Of a stretch of 64,000 nucleotides of DNA, positions 38,701-50,623 are shown piece after piece. Numbering within the stretch: the first letter of the stretch is position 1; the number at the start of each line of letters is the position of its first letter. This DNA is from Octopus sinensis. Taxonomy: Eukaryota. The stretch is taken from positions 1 through 64,000 of the forward strand of contig NW_021832830.1 of assembly GCF_006345805.1 (NCBI RefSeq), given 5' to 3'. The position numbers and the translations under genes are program-made. Under the pieces are notes generated by a model that saw nothing but the letters and a program-made list of their open reading frames with translations, did not search any database and was not told where the DNA came from.

Positions 38701-38789
38701 CTGAACTGGCAAGGTTCCTCAGTTCAAGTAATTAATTCAAATGAACCTTAAATAAATATATATATATTCAAAATGCACATTCAAAATGT

Positions 38790-38984
38790 GACCGCGTGTG
38801 TACCGTTGGCGATTTTTTACCTCTGTCTTCCCTTCTCTGGATCTTTCCTTTTCCTATGTTTCGGACGAAGAGCTCCGCTCGAAACGTTAAACCCTCCTTC
38901 TTTCCTTCTTTCCTGAGTGTCCAATAATACTATATTTGTTCCACATCCTCGCATTGTTGTGTTTTTGTGATTTCTTGTTTGGAT

Positions 38985-38988
<4 letters not shown>
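38790..38988 (+). mobile_element. About 200-bp non-autonomous element with a hammerhead-like motif
   Basis: Homolog of 26737-26939. The motif at 38858-38892 is GTTT CGGACGA A GAGC-TCC-GCTC GAA ACGT T AAAC, and the element is followed by (TA)n. Confidence 0.75.
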
Positions 38989-39036
<48 letters not shown>

Positions 39037-39221
39037 ATATATATGTGTGTGTGTGGTGTGTGTTATCATGTGTGTTGAGTGTACTACAATTATGTCCGTC
39101 AGTTGATTTCTATGTTCTCTTCTTTGTCTTTACTTCGTGGATCGTAACAAAATTTTACATCACAATCTTTGATGTCTAACTTTGGGTGCCAACAAAAATG
39201 TGTTAGCTCCAAGATAGGCGA

Positions 39222-39442
39222 CTGAAGAAGAGGAATTTTCCTGTTTTTTGTATGCCCTGTACTCTATTTTTTCGTTGTTTAAGAAAAATGTCCATTTCCT
39301 TGGTTTTGTGTTTTTGTTTTCGTTTCTCAATGTGTTCGAACGTTTTTTTTGGTGTCCTTTACCCATATATGCGTGTATATATACATATAGATGTAGGTAC
39401 GTACATATATGTATGTATATATATGCATATGTTTTATTTATT

Positions 39443-39443
<1 letters not shown>
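39222..39443 (+). mobile_element. Dispersed non-autonomous repeat, family F
   Basis: Homologous to 40324-40543, for example TGTACTCTATT.TTTCGTTGTTTAAGAAAAATGTCCATTTCCTTG. Confidence 0.75.
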
Positions 39444-39482
<39 letters not shown>

Positions 39483-40301
39483 TCCGGATCTACTCTACGT
39501 TTATACTCCACTTTTCGCTTCTTCTAGATTTACCAAATATCTCAATATTTGTAATCTTCCTATAACAATGGGAAGACACGATGGGGGGAGTGTGTGGATT
39601 ACCTGTAATCTTTAAGATACGCACTTACATACGCACATACATACATGCACACGTACATACATACTTACATACACATGCATACATACCTACACACTCACAC
39701 TCACACACACGCAAACACACACATACATATATTACATTACGAGCCGTTAAAGTTTTATTTGTAAACTGGGCCATGCATATACACACCAACACAAAAGCGG
39801 AAACGTACATCATAATTAGATTCGTTGCTACGTACAGATTTCAACTTATTCCTATTCTGCAACCTGACTGGAAAATGATAATCTACGTGGAGCACTTACT
39901 CGTACATTGGTAGTCGCTCATCTAACCGCTCAAGGTATGTATTCTCCTCGACTTACGACCTAGTTCCCTTCTGACTGTCTGGTCGTAAATCGATTTAGTC
40001 GTAGGTCACATTTATATTTTTAAACGCTATTTGAATTCAAACGTAACTAATGCTAGAAAGCGACAGAATGAGAGACACTGGCTGACTGTAGATTGTATGG
40101 GTATGAGGTAGGCCCACATTGCCTGATGCTGCCATAGTTATCCTACGCGCAGCCGCCCAAAGTCTGTAAATCAATTTTTTATTTGTATTTTATCTATTTC
40201 TTTATTTTCTTTGGTCTTAAGTCCGTAGGTTTGTAAGTTGCATAGGCCGTAAATTGAAGATAAAGTGTATATATATATATATATAATATCTTTCGAAACG
40301 T

Positions 40302-40543
40302 GGAGTAGATGAAACAGAGGCTGCTGAAGACGGAGAATTTTCCTTGTGTTGAATGTCTTGTACTCTATTCTTTCGTTGTTTAAGAAAAATGTCCATTTCC
40401 TTGTTTTTGTATTTATGTTTTCGCTTCTCATTGTGTTCGACGTTTTTTTTTGGGTCCTGTACCCATATATGCATGTATATATATATACATATAGATGTAG
40501 GTACGTACATATATGTATGTATATATGCATGTGTTTTATTTAT
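40302..40543 (+). mobile_element. Family F repeat whose 5-prime part matches the leader of the ORF remnant at 50.6 kb
   Basis: TTCGAAACGTGGAGTAGATGAAACAGAGG..CTGAAGA aligns with TTCGGAACGTGGAGTAGATAAAACAGGGG..CTGATGA at 50554-50620. Confidence 0.7.
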
Positions 40544-40615
40544 TATTCTCTTATTAATGATGGAACGCAACGCATCCATTTCTAAGTAAGTTTTATCTCT
40601 CTCTCCTCTCTCTCC

Positions 40616-40655
<40 letters not shown>

Positions 40656-40703
40656 ATTATCGAGACAAAACCACTATTTGGCAAAACAACAAGGAAAGAC
40701 TAT

Positions 40704-40755
<52 letters not shown>

Positions 40756-40758
<3 letters not shown>

Positions 40759-41125
40759 GTAGGTCCCGTTGATTCGGGGTTAACCACAGTAAATAAGGTA
40801 CTCAATACATAGCAGAGTAAAATTAATTTATTATATAGAAGGAGCTTCTACAGGACTAGAACTGTTTCATTCAAGAGAAATCTTCAGGAAGCTAGTTAAC
40901 AAGAATTGTATTGGCATTTATACATTTAGGCAGGTTTAAAGGCGTGATGGTGGGGGACTTTTTTGGGGGTAGGCATAGCGCAAAATATCATAGTTGGGGG
41001 AGTGGTCAAGGAGTCAGTGGTAAATTAGATAAAAGAATAAATAAAAGAATTAAAAAAATTAAAAAATAAAAAAATAAAAAAAAATATATAAAAAAGAAAT
41101 GAGTTTTAGGTAAATAAGGGGATTC
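40756..41125 (-). mobile_element. About 370-bp hammerhead-bearing element (retrozyme-like or Penelope pLTR-like) between microsatellites
   Basis: Unique non-coding segment with (TA)n on the left and (CA/TA)n on the right. It contains the ribozyme at 40843-40893, and an inverted copy lies at 43271-43573. Confidence 0.6.
40843..40893 (-). ncRNA. Type I hammerhead ribozyme
   Basis: Minus strand: AGCTTC CTGAAGA TTTC-TCTT-GAAT GAA ACAG-TTCTAGTC-CTGT A GAAGCT, identical to the plus copy at 43506-43556. Confidence 0.8.
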
Positions 41126-41274
41126 TCACTTATACCTATACACATATGTATACATATATACACACACACACATATATACATACACACATACATACACACA
41201 CACATATACATATATATACACATACACATACATACACGTATCTACACATACACATACATACATATATATATCTC

Positions 41275-41305
<31 letters not shown>

Positions 41306-41633
41306 CATACACACACACACATGCATACACATATACACACATGTATATATACACACACGACCACACATACATATACACACAAAAAATGTATGTATATATA
41401 ATGTATATATAATGTATATATAAAATATATGTATATATGTGTATGTGTGAATATGTGTATGTATACATATATGTATGTATGTGTGTATGTATATATGTAT
41501 GTATATATATGTGTGTAAGTTTGTGTATATATGTATATGTAAGTGTGTGTGCGTGTATGAGTATGTATGTATGTTTGCACACAAGTATATGTGTGTGTAT
41601 GTATGTATATATGTATATATATACATATATGTA

Positions 41634-41667
<34 letters not shown>

Positions 41668-41812
41668 ATATATGTATGTATGTATTTGTATGTATATATA
41701 TGTGTGTGTATGTGTATGTGTATATGTACATATACGTGTACGCTCGTGTGTTTATGTATAGGTAGGCACGTAGAGTTATCTATGTGTGTATGTATATGTA
41801 CATAAGTGTAGG

Positions 41813-41857
<45 letters not shown>

Positions 41858-43101
41858 AAGTTTATATGTATGTATCCGTCTGTATAATAGGTAACTGCAC
41901 GTACAGATACTTAATATTTATTATTTATTTTTTGAGTATGCATGTAAGTATGAATATAAGGAGGTGCGTGTGTGTGTGTGTGTATGTGTAAGCATAGATA
42001 TATGTATACTTTTACGCATGTGTGTACTTATGTGTATATATGGATGCGCGCGTGTGCGTGTGTGTGTGTATGGGTACGCATGTACATGTGTATGTGCGTG
42101 TATGTGTATATGTGTATGTATGGGTGTGCGTATATTTGTATATGTATGTATGTATGTGTATGTTTGTGTATGTATATATATATAAAATTGTATATATATA
42201 TATGATTATATATATATATGTACTGTATATGTATAGTGTATGTGTATGTCTTTGTGGTGTGTATGCATGCGCGTTTATATATATGTATGTATATGTATAC
42301 GTGTGGGTGTGTGTATGTGTATATATGTATGTCTGTAATGGATGTATGGATGTATGTATGTATGTATACGTATGTATGTTTATGTGGTATATGTATGTAT
42401 GTATGTGTAGTGTTTACATATATATGTATATATATATCTTATATGTATATATATATATATATATATAATGTATGTATTTGTATGTAGGTGTTATGTATGT
42501 GTTGTATATATTTATTGGTGTATATGTATAGACTAGCCTTCTAAGAGTGTAACATGAATCTGTGGGGTATACGCGTACGTATGTGTATTTTACGTGAATT
42601 GTATGTAGATGTATGTATGAATATACGCGTGCGTGCGTGTATGTGTATGAGTGTACGAATGAGTGAGTGTGCGTGCGTGAATGACTGCTTGTTTTCAAGT
42701 AGAAAGATTAATGGACTTGCTGCCATAGCCAAGATGCTTGTGACCAGCGGTCAAAGATAACAAAAGTAATAAATGAAGATAATAAAATTAAAATTAGGGA
42801 ATGGGTCTGTTTTTGTATGTATATATATGTGTATATGTGTAGGTATGTATAGGTACACATATGTAAATGTATAATATATATATATATGTATATATATGTA
42901 TATATGTGTGTATGTGTATATATGTGTATATAGGGACTTGTGTGTTGTGTGTGGTGTTGTGTGTGCATGGTGTGTATGTGGATATGTGTGTGTATGCGTG
43001 TATGCGTATGTGTGTGTATGTATATAATTTTTCTGTGTGTATATGTATGTGTGTCGTGTGTTATATATACATGTGTGTATATTGTGTATGCATGTGTGTG
43101 G

Positions 43102-43150
<49 letters not shown>

Positions 43151-43270
43151 ATGTGTAGATATGTGTATGTATGTGTATGTGTATATATATGTATATGTGT
43201 GTGTGTGCATGTATGTGTGTATGTATATATGTGTGTGTGTATATATGTATACATATGTGTATAGGTATAA
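41126..43270. repeat. Low-complexity (TA/TG/CA) tract whose outer ~260 bp on each side are inverted copies of each other
   Basis: 41126-41385 is approximately the reverse complement of 43030-43270 (for example TCACTTATACCTATACACATATGTATAC). Confidence 0.85.
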
Positions 43271-43573
43271 GTGAGAATCCCCTTATTTACCTAAAACTCA
43301 TTTCTTTTTTATATATTTTTAATTTTTTAATTTTTTAATTTTATTATTTTTTTATTCTTTATTTATTCTTTTATCTAATTTACCACTGACTCCTTGACCA
43401 CTCCCCCAGTTGATATTTTGCGCTATGCCTACCCCCAAAAAGTCCCCCACCACCACCCCTTTATACTGCCTAAATGTATAAATGCCAATACAATTCTTGT
43501 TAACTAGCTTCCTGAAGATTTCTCTTGAATGAAACAGTTCTAGTCCTGTAGAAGCTCCTTCTATATAATAAAT
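43271..43573 (+). mobile_element. Inverted, 3-prime-shortened copy of the hammerhead-bearing element
   Basis: Reverse complement of 40826-41125 with scattered substitutions and homopolymer indels. Homology stops at 43573. Confidence 0.8.
43506..43556 (+). ncRNA. Type I hammerhead ribozyme, predicted cleavage after A43550
   Basis: Helix I AGCTTC/GAAGCT (6 bp). Core CTGAAGA at 43512-43518. Helix II TTC/GAA with a TCTT loop and U-U at 10.1/11.1. GAAA at 43531-43534. Helix III ACAG/CTGT (4 bp, 8-nt loop). Cleavage triplet GUA. Confidence 0.82.
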
Positions 43574-44207
43574 ATGTATAGGAGTGTATGTGTTTACAGG
43601 CGCGCAGGCAATACGGAGCTGTTTGTCTTCGGCATATGCTACACTGAAAACATTACTATGCCGTAGTTTGTTTTTGGCCAAGTACACTTCATTATTCCTG
43701 GCCGCCCATTTCTGTTTATACTGGAATAATAGCTTTGTTAAATACTTAATTCTATTTACACTTCGAGATCTTCACTGTCCTATCTTTCAAACAAACTAAT
43801 GACGCTATTGGTTCTTACATGACGTTTTCAATAAGATGCAAACACAAAACTCAATATATCGTCAACACAAAATTGAAAATCACAGAATGTTAACTTCTGG
43901 TTGATTTCCTGATATGATGTTTTTTTTCTTTCTTTTCTTTTTTCAGTTTTTATATATTTGCTTATTGGAGAACTGTTTGTATTTTGCGAATAGCAAATCT
44001 CCCATGGTTATTCTTCGAGTTGTGTTTGGGATTTTAGTAAAAAATTGCATCGTTTCAGCTAGTGTTTCCAGCGCGAGGTTTCTTTTGCGTACAACGTTAT
44101 AAAGTGTTTTCCACGGTTGCTTGCAAATGCTAGTACCAAGGGACGAAAAATTTATATATGTATATATATGTATATATATATGTATATATATATGTATGTA
44201 TATATAT

Positions 44208-44296
44208 GGCAAGTGTCTTCTGCTATAGCCCCGGGCCGACCAATGCCTTGAGTGGATTTGGTAGACGGAAACTGAAAGAAGCCTGTCGTATTTATG

Positions 44297-44327
<31 letters not shown>

Positions 44328-44585
44328 TTGTTTGTCTGTGCTTGTCCCCCTAGCATTGCTTGACAACCGATGCTGGTGTGTTTACGTCCCCGTCACTTAG
44401 CGGTTCGGAAAAAGAGACTGATAGATTTTGTGGATAAGAAAATGAAAGAAAATGCTAAAAAGGGGAAAAAAACAATTAGGCTTACAAAGAATAAGTCCCG
44501 GGGTCGATTTGCTCGACTAAAGGCGGTGCTCCAGCATGGCCTCAGTCAAATGACTGAAACAAGTAAAAGAGAAAAGAGAAAGAGT
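44208..44585 (+). mobile_element. Family B SINE, 5-prime truncated, carrying a 46-nt foreign insertion
   Basis: Starts at GGCAAGTGTCTTC. The insertion at 44428-44473 replaces part of the GATAGAATAAGTACTAGGC seen in other copies. Confidence 0.88.
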
Positions 44586-44942
44586 ATATAAACACACATA
44601 TGTAATGTATAAATATGTGTATCAGTGTGAAAGTGATTGATTTTTGCATTCACTGGTCTTGGTCGCTTATCCAGAAGGACCTACGTCACCATCCTTCAAA
44701 TTTTTTTACTATCGTCATTTTCGTTTTCATCACGGGACCTTGATTGTCTCCATTGCTGTTATTTACCTGAAGTGCAACTGCACAGAATTCTGTTCTGTTT
44801 ACGGCACAACGTGTTCAGTCTTAGTTTTTAGTTTGTCCAGACTGTAGAAACTCGCTGCATAAAACTGTTGTTGCGTTGAAGTTTGCTTTTGCTTACGATT
44901 TAACAATCTTTATTTGTATCGTAAATTACTGTATTTTTAGCC

Positions 44943-45363
44943 TGTAGCGACACAAGAAGTCAGCGCCATACTAGATGAGATCTCGCGGCAGCCATTGCCA
45001 TATACGAGAGTGAAGCGAGACCTCATCTGCGTCCATTTGCCATGCGCGAGATCACAAACGAGGCTCGCGATGGCAAACTGTATATAAGGGCAAAACGTTG
45101 AGATTCTCTCCTTTTTTCCGCCTCTTAGCATCAGCGCTTCTTGAGCGCACTGCATTGACTGGGCCTGTCTGAAGGTTGTACCTCCAGAGGCAATGTGCCC
45201 TCACTACTACACAATACACACAGCTCAAGATGGTAGCAGAGAGCAGCACCCTTCACCTATCCTGTAAATCCTGTAAATCCTGTAAATAAAACCAGTTGTA
45301 AATAGCATTTGTACTTGAAGTCTTCTCTCTTCGCCTGACGGAGCTTGATCTACCCGAAGAACA
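44943..45363 (+). mobile_element. Possible solo LTR
   Basis: A GC-richer block starting TGTAGCG, with TATATAA at 45081, three CCTGTAAAT repeats and AATAAA at 45285, ending ...GAAGAACA. No TSD found. Confidence 0.4.
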
Positions 45364-45933
45364 AAAAGAGATAATGAAAGGTGATATTCTCCCGATATCT
45401 TAAAACTTGCCATCCATTATAAGTTCATTAAACCCTTTTAAACTTTGATATTTCAATTTGGGTTTATAACAGTTACTATCTTAGTAATGGGTAGATGAAA
45501 TGATGAGTCATTACACATTTTAATCTCCAATGTTTCTCACTTTCTGTGAGTCTGGGATTGCTGTGTCTTCGTGTCCTAACTATGTAGGCTGTATTGTGCT
45601 TGTGACCTGATCGCGTAGCGCTATAAATTTGTGCCGAATAAAACTACATACGGTTTTGGTTAGCTAGCTTCTTTCAATTTCCGCCTACCAAATCTACTCA
45701 CAAGGCATTGGTCATGGAGTGGAACGGAACCCGGAACCATGTGGTAGGGAAGCAAGCTTCTTATTGCACAACGACACCATATTCCATGTGTACATTATTT
45801 TTTACTCGGTAGGAGATAGAAATTTGGTTTGAGAGTCGAGCTGTGTGCCATGTAAGAAACGGGCGTAAAATTTCTTCGTGCATGCCATGCCATTTATGTG
45901 GTGCCAAGCACGATGCCTTTGCGTCACAAATTG

Positions 45934-45970
<37 letters not shown>

Positions 45971-46499
45971 ATATATTGACTTCAGTTTTTCGTCTATGTT
46001 ATGTGTAGGTATATATGAATGTCTGAAAATGTATAATTATCCCTGATCGTCAGAAGAAGTACAGAAGAAAGGGATATACTAAGAAAATAAAATAAAAAAA
46101 AAAGATGCAATAGAACACAGCGTAACTGATAAACCGAACAAGTTGTTGCGGATGAAGTAAATAAATTGTTTTGCTGAACTGAACTATTAATATTTTTCTG
46201 ATCTTTTAGTGTTAGGTAGGATTCCTACACGGTTTTTTTCCCCCTTTTTAGCATTTTCTTTCATTTTCTTATCCACAATTTGCTGTTCCCTTTATTTTTT
46301 CTCATTTAATCGAATGTTTTTGCCAAGAGGAAATATATGACATATAACTTTCATAACAGCCATTTTAATTTTCCTCTTAACAACAGCTATTTCGAATTGA
46401 AAGTGGAAGAAATTAAGAAGTGAAAATGATTTATTTCAATCATCTTGGCCGATATTTCTTTCTTCGGCTTCTTCATTTTTCTTATTCCTTCATCTGAAT

Positions 46500-46983
46500 A
46501 ATATCTTGCCTTCATCTTGTTCTTCTTTTTGTTCTTCTGGTTCTTGTTCTTCTTGTTCTTTTTCTTGTTGTTGTTGTGGTTGTTGTTTGTTGTTGCTGTT
46601 GTTGCTGTTTTGTTGTTGTTGTTGTTGTTCTTCTTCTTCCCCTTCTGCTTCTTCTTCTCTTCTTCGTTTTCTTCTTCTTCTCTTCTTTTTCTTCTCCTTT
46701 TTCTTCTTCTTTTCATCTTCTTCTTCCTCATTTCCTTCTTCTTCTTCTTCCTCGTTTTTCTTCCTCTTCTGCTTCGTCGTCATCTTCTTCTTCTCCTTCT
46801 TCTTCTCCTCTTCTTCTTCTTCTTCTTCTTCATCGTCTTCTTCCTCGTTTTCTTCATCTTCTTCTTCCTCGTTTTCTTCTTCTTCTGCTTCGTCGTCATC
46901 GTCTTCTTCTTCTCCTTCTCCTTCTTCTTCTTCTCTCTTCTTCTTCTTCTTCTTCTTCTTCATTCATCGCCTTCTTCTTCTTC
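46500..46983. repeat. Compound (GTT)n/(CTT)n microsatellite
   Basis: Seen directly; source of the poly-E, K, S and F ORFs. Confidence 0.95.
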
Positions 46984-47690
46984 AAACTAATATCAACACA
47001 ATTTCTTCATTTGCTTGCTTTTGCAATATTTCGCTACCGTTTCTTTTTTTTTTTCTATTCCTTTTTCGCTACTGTATTCCGTCCGAGTAATTTCAGTAAT
47101 ATCAAGCAAAGTCGTTTCTTTTCATTTCTTTTTTTCCTTTCTCTTTTGTTTCTCCTTTTCTTTCGAACGTTTGATTGATTCATTGCAGTTCATAATCATA
47201 TTCTATATTTTGAATATAGTGTTTTCTTTTTTCCTCTAAGTCTTAGACTTTTGTTTTCGTTTTGAGTATAAGAGTGTGGAGTGGGGTGTGATGGCATATA
47301 TTTTTTCTAATAAGATCAATATTATTCCTTTCTCGTTATATCTCAGTGACGGTGGAGAATTCGTTCCATAATATTACGTATATTTTTGATTTCTCACCCT
47401 CTCTCTCTCCCTCTCTCTCTCTCTCTCACACACACGTACATGCATTCTCTTCCCTTCTCTTTTACAATACATGCGTTTATATATGAATGCATGTGTATAT
47501 GCATGGATATGCAGTTTATTATATTTCTCAGGCTATTGCTGTTTAATATACACACATGCATAAATCCAGCCATATATAAATGGTATCTCTCTATTTCATT
47601 TAATATATATATATATATATTTGTGCATGTATGTATATATGTATGCATATATGTATATACGAATATATATATACATATATGTGTAATACG

Positions 47691-47722
<32 letters not shown>

Positions 47723-47728
47723 TCTATC

Positions 47729-47760
<32 letters not shown>

Positions 47761-47831
47761 TAGACAGACAGAAAGAGACAGACACAGAGACAGACAGACA
47801 TATAGGCAGACAGACAAATAGACATACATAC

Positions 47832-47939
<108 letters not shown>

Positions 47940-48659
47940 GAATGGATAGATTACATTGGTGTGTATGTAAATGGTTAAAGTATAAAGAGCCCCTTCAGTC
48001 ATGAATGAATGACCATGGGCTTGCACTTTGAACGCTACACTCCGACGCACAGGTCCGTGTAAGTTTGCTTTTATCGAAGATCAGCAGTCACCCATGCATA
48101 ACACCCAACAATGCTATCCAAAGAAAAGACAAGGGCTCCAGTGATGTCGCAATTTATTTCTACCGTAGACTGAACTTGACTAACGTGAAATAAAGTGGAT
48201 TTCTATATTCTAATCTAGGCACATGGTCGGAATTTTTTGGGAAGAGGACCAATCGATTACATCGTCTCCAGTACGCAGCTGGTACTTACCTGTATGTGTG
48301 TGTGTATGTGTGTGTTTGTGTGTGTGCATGTATGAGCAATTCTTTTTGAGGTACTTTTCTCCCAAATCACCACTTGCGAACTTGCGTCGATGCGTATTCA
48401 ATCCTATAGCATTATCAGAACCCAATCAATGAAGTACCAGGTTTAAAGAATCTATAAATAGTGTGTGTGTGTTTGTCTATGTGTGTATGCGTGCGAGTAT
48501 GTGTATATGTATTTGTGCGTGTGTGTGTGTGTGTGTGTGTTTTACAAAACCTCCACTGAGAATCATTGCTGGTTAGTTTACTTCCCCATAACTCTTTTAT
48601 TCAGCAAAATACCCGGATATTGTACGTAACGCCATGGAAACAAATCTTAAGTAATAGGG

Positions 48660-48950
48660 ATAGAAAACACCTAAAGCTCCACGGGGTCCGGCAGTGGGTA
48701 GTGGCAAACCCTACTGTATTTTTTCACCACAACTTTTTCTCGCACCTTAATCTTGTTTCGGTTGCAAGTGTATTTCAAAGGGACCAGCCTTGTCACACAA
48801 TCTGTGTCACGCTGAATCTTCCCGAACAGCACGTTACGAGTACACGTGTCTCTGGAGTTCTCAGCCCTTTACACGTTAATTTCACGAGCAGGCTATTCGG
48901 TTGATCGGATCAACTGGAACTCTGGTCGTCGTAACCGACGGAGTGCCACG
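48660..48950 (+). mobile_element. SINE fragment with a family E-like body and a family D tail
   Basis: GAAAACACCTAAAGCTCCACG followed by GTATTTCAAAGGGACCAGCCTTGTCACAC...GGTCGTCGTAACCGACGGAGT. Confidence 0.7.
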
Positions 48951-49737
48951 ATTGGAAGAGAATTTATAATCTTTAACATAAAATTTAATACAGGAAATCA
49001 GTTACATATAAAAAAGCGTTAATCCAAACGTTTCTTTTTTTTTTTCGTTTTATGAGCTGAAGATTCATCTCGGTCTCCGATTTATGTTTAAAAATACTGA
49101 GTGTTCTAACAATTTGTAAATGGTAGCATTGGGGCAGTTTATAAACACAATCGAAAGTACATACGTATATAATCGATGAACAATGCAACGACAGTTAATT
49201 TGGATATGAAATAAAACGATGGAAAAACAAGTCACATACTCAGCTATTCTTTGTTATTTGCAATAAAACGTATTTTTAATCTATTTAGTTTTAAGTTGTG
49301 TAAACATTTAATATCTCTTATCTCATATTTATTCCAATCATTTGAGAATGGCCATGATGTGGCAAAACGGTGGAGAGAAAGTCGGACAAATTGACCTCAC
49401 TACATTCGTTATTCTTTAAAGTCTGGTAATTGTTGTGGAACAAGCAGCCTCTTTGACGAACTGTTAGGTTACTTAGATGTAGACAAAGATAACAACTAAT
49501 ACACACAAACATACACAAATTTATACTTAGATACATACATACATTCATACATACATACATACATATATACATACATATATATATATATATGTAAATCAAA
49601 TATTTTTTACTTTCGACACATGTTTCGAAAATTCCACTGATACTATTCAAAAGAATAAATGGTATGAACAATGCAAACTATATTTAATTACTTATTTATT
49701 TTTTCCGTGTTAATTGTTAACAAGGTAAACATACACT

Positions 49738-49796
<59 letters not shown>

Positions 49797-49798
<2 letters not shown>

Positions 49799-50193
49799 TA
49801 GCAATATCGCTCGTCGTTGCTCGGGTTTGCTTTAACCCTTTAGAATTGGAATTTTTCAAAAGTAAAATTTTTGTATTATGTAGCTTGTTATTTCACTTTA
49901 AGTGAACATTTTTTCTAGGTGAAATACACCGAAAAATGGTGATACAGTAGTAAATAAATCGTAAAAAATAGGGATTTTCATAAGAAAAAAGGCACCATAT
50001 TGATGTAAATAATTTTTGGTCTCAAAATGGTCCGATTTGAATGTTGTCTTCTACGGAAGGAAGAGCAAGACTTCTTCTATCATACTCTCAATTTTGGTCG
50101 ACTTGCGTCGCAGGGTCTCGGAGGAGATAGTGTTAGGTGAAGGCTACCAAACCTGCCATACACAGACAACTTCAGCTTTATATATATATATAG
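49797..50193 (+). mobile_element. Non-autonomous Helitron-like element inserted in (TA)n
   Basis: Begins ACTAGCAATATCGCTCGTCGTTGCTCGGG and ends CAGACAACTTCAGCTTTATATATATATATAG. These termini resemble, from memory, Lep1/HINE-type non-autonomous rolling-circle elements. Confidence 0.5.
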
Positions 50194-50623
50194 TATCTAT
50201 CTATCCATACGTACATGTATACACATACATACATGCGTTCTTATCACCGTTTCCACTCTCTTTCCACAACGTTTCCACTCTCGTTGCTCACACGTGGCCA
50301 ACGTCTATCAATCTTCTTTAATCCTACTTCCTTACTAAAGACAAGACGTGATTTTGTCTGTTTCTCCTCAAGCTCGTTTCTCCAGCGTTCACCACTTCAC
50401 TTTTTTATGGCTTAACTGCCCTCACCCTTCATTTTTACTGTTTTGTTTTCATTGTCCTGTTTTTGTGACCATTTTAACCCTCCGCATATCCCAATTTAAA
50501 TTTATTGCTTTGCGGGAACGACTGTTTTAACGAAGTCGCGCCTTGTCCCTACGTTCGGAACGTGGAGTAGATAAAACAGGGGACAACTGATGAAGGGAAT
50601 GTTCTTTATGTTGCCTGTCTCAT

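Noticed and set aside
40302-40340. GAAACGT...CTGAAGA order suggesting a type II hammerhead (also 50554-50600)
   Set aside because: Position 17 is G and helix I cannot close next to the core in either copy.
43580-43690. YLAKNK peptide resembling RTE RT
   Set aside because: The similarity does not extend to the DLEKAF motif.
43944-44102. Strong splice acceptor followed by an open frame
   Set aside because: No donor, no recognisable product, and the acceptor lies in a T-rich low-complexity run.
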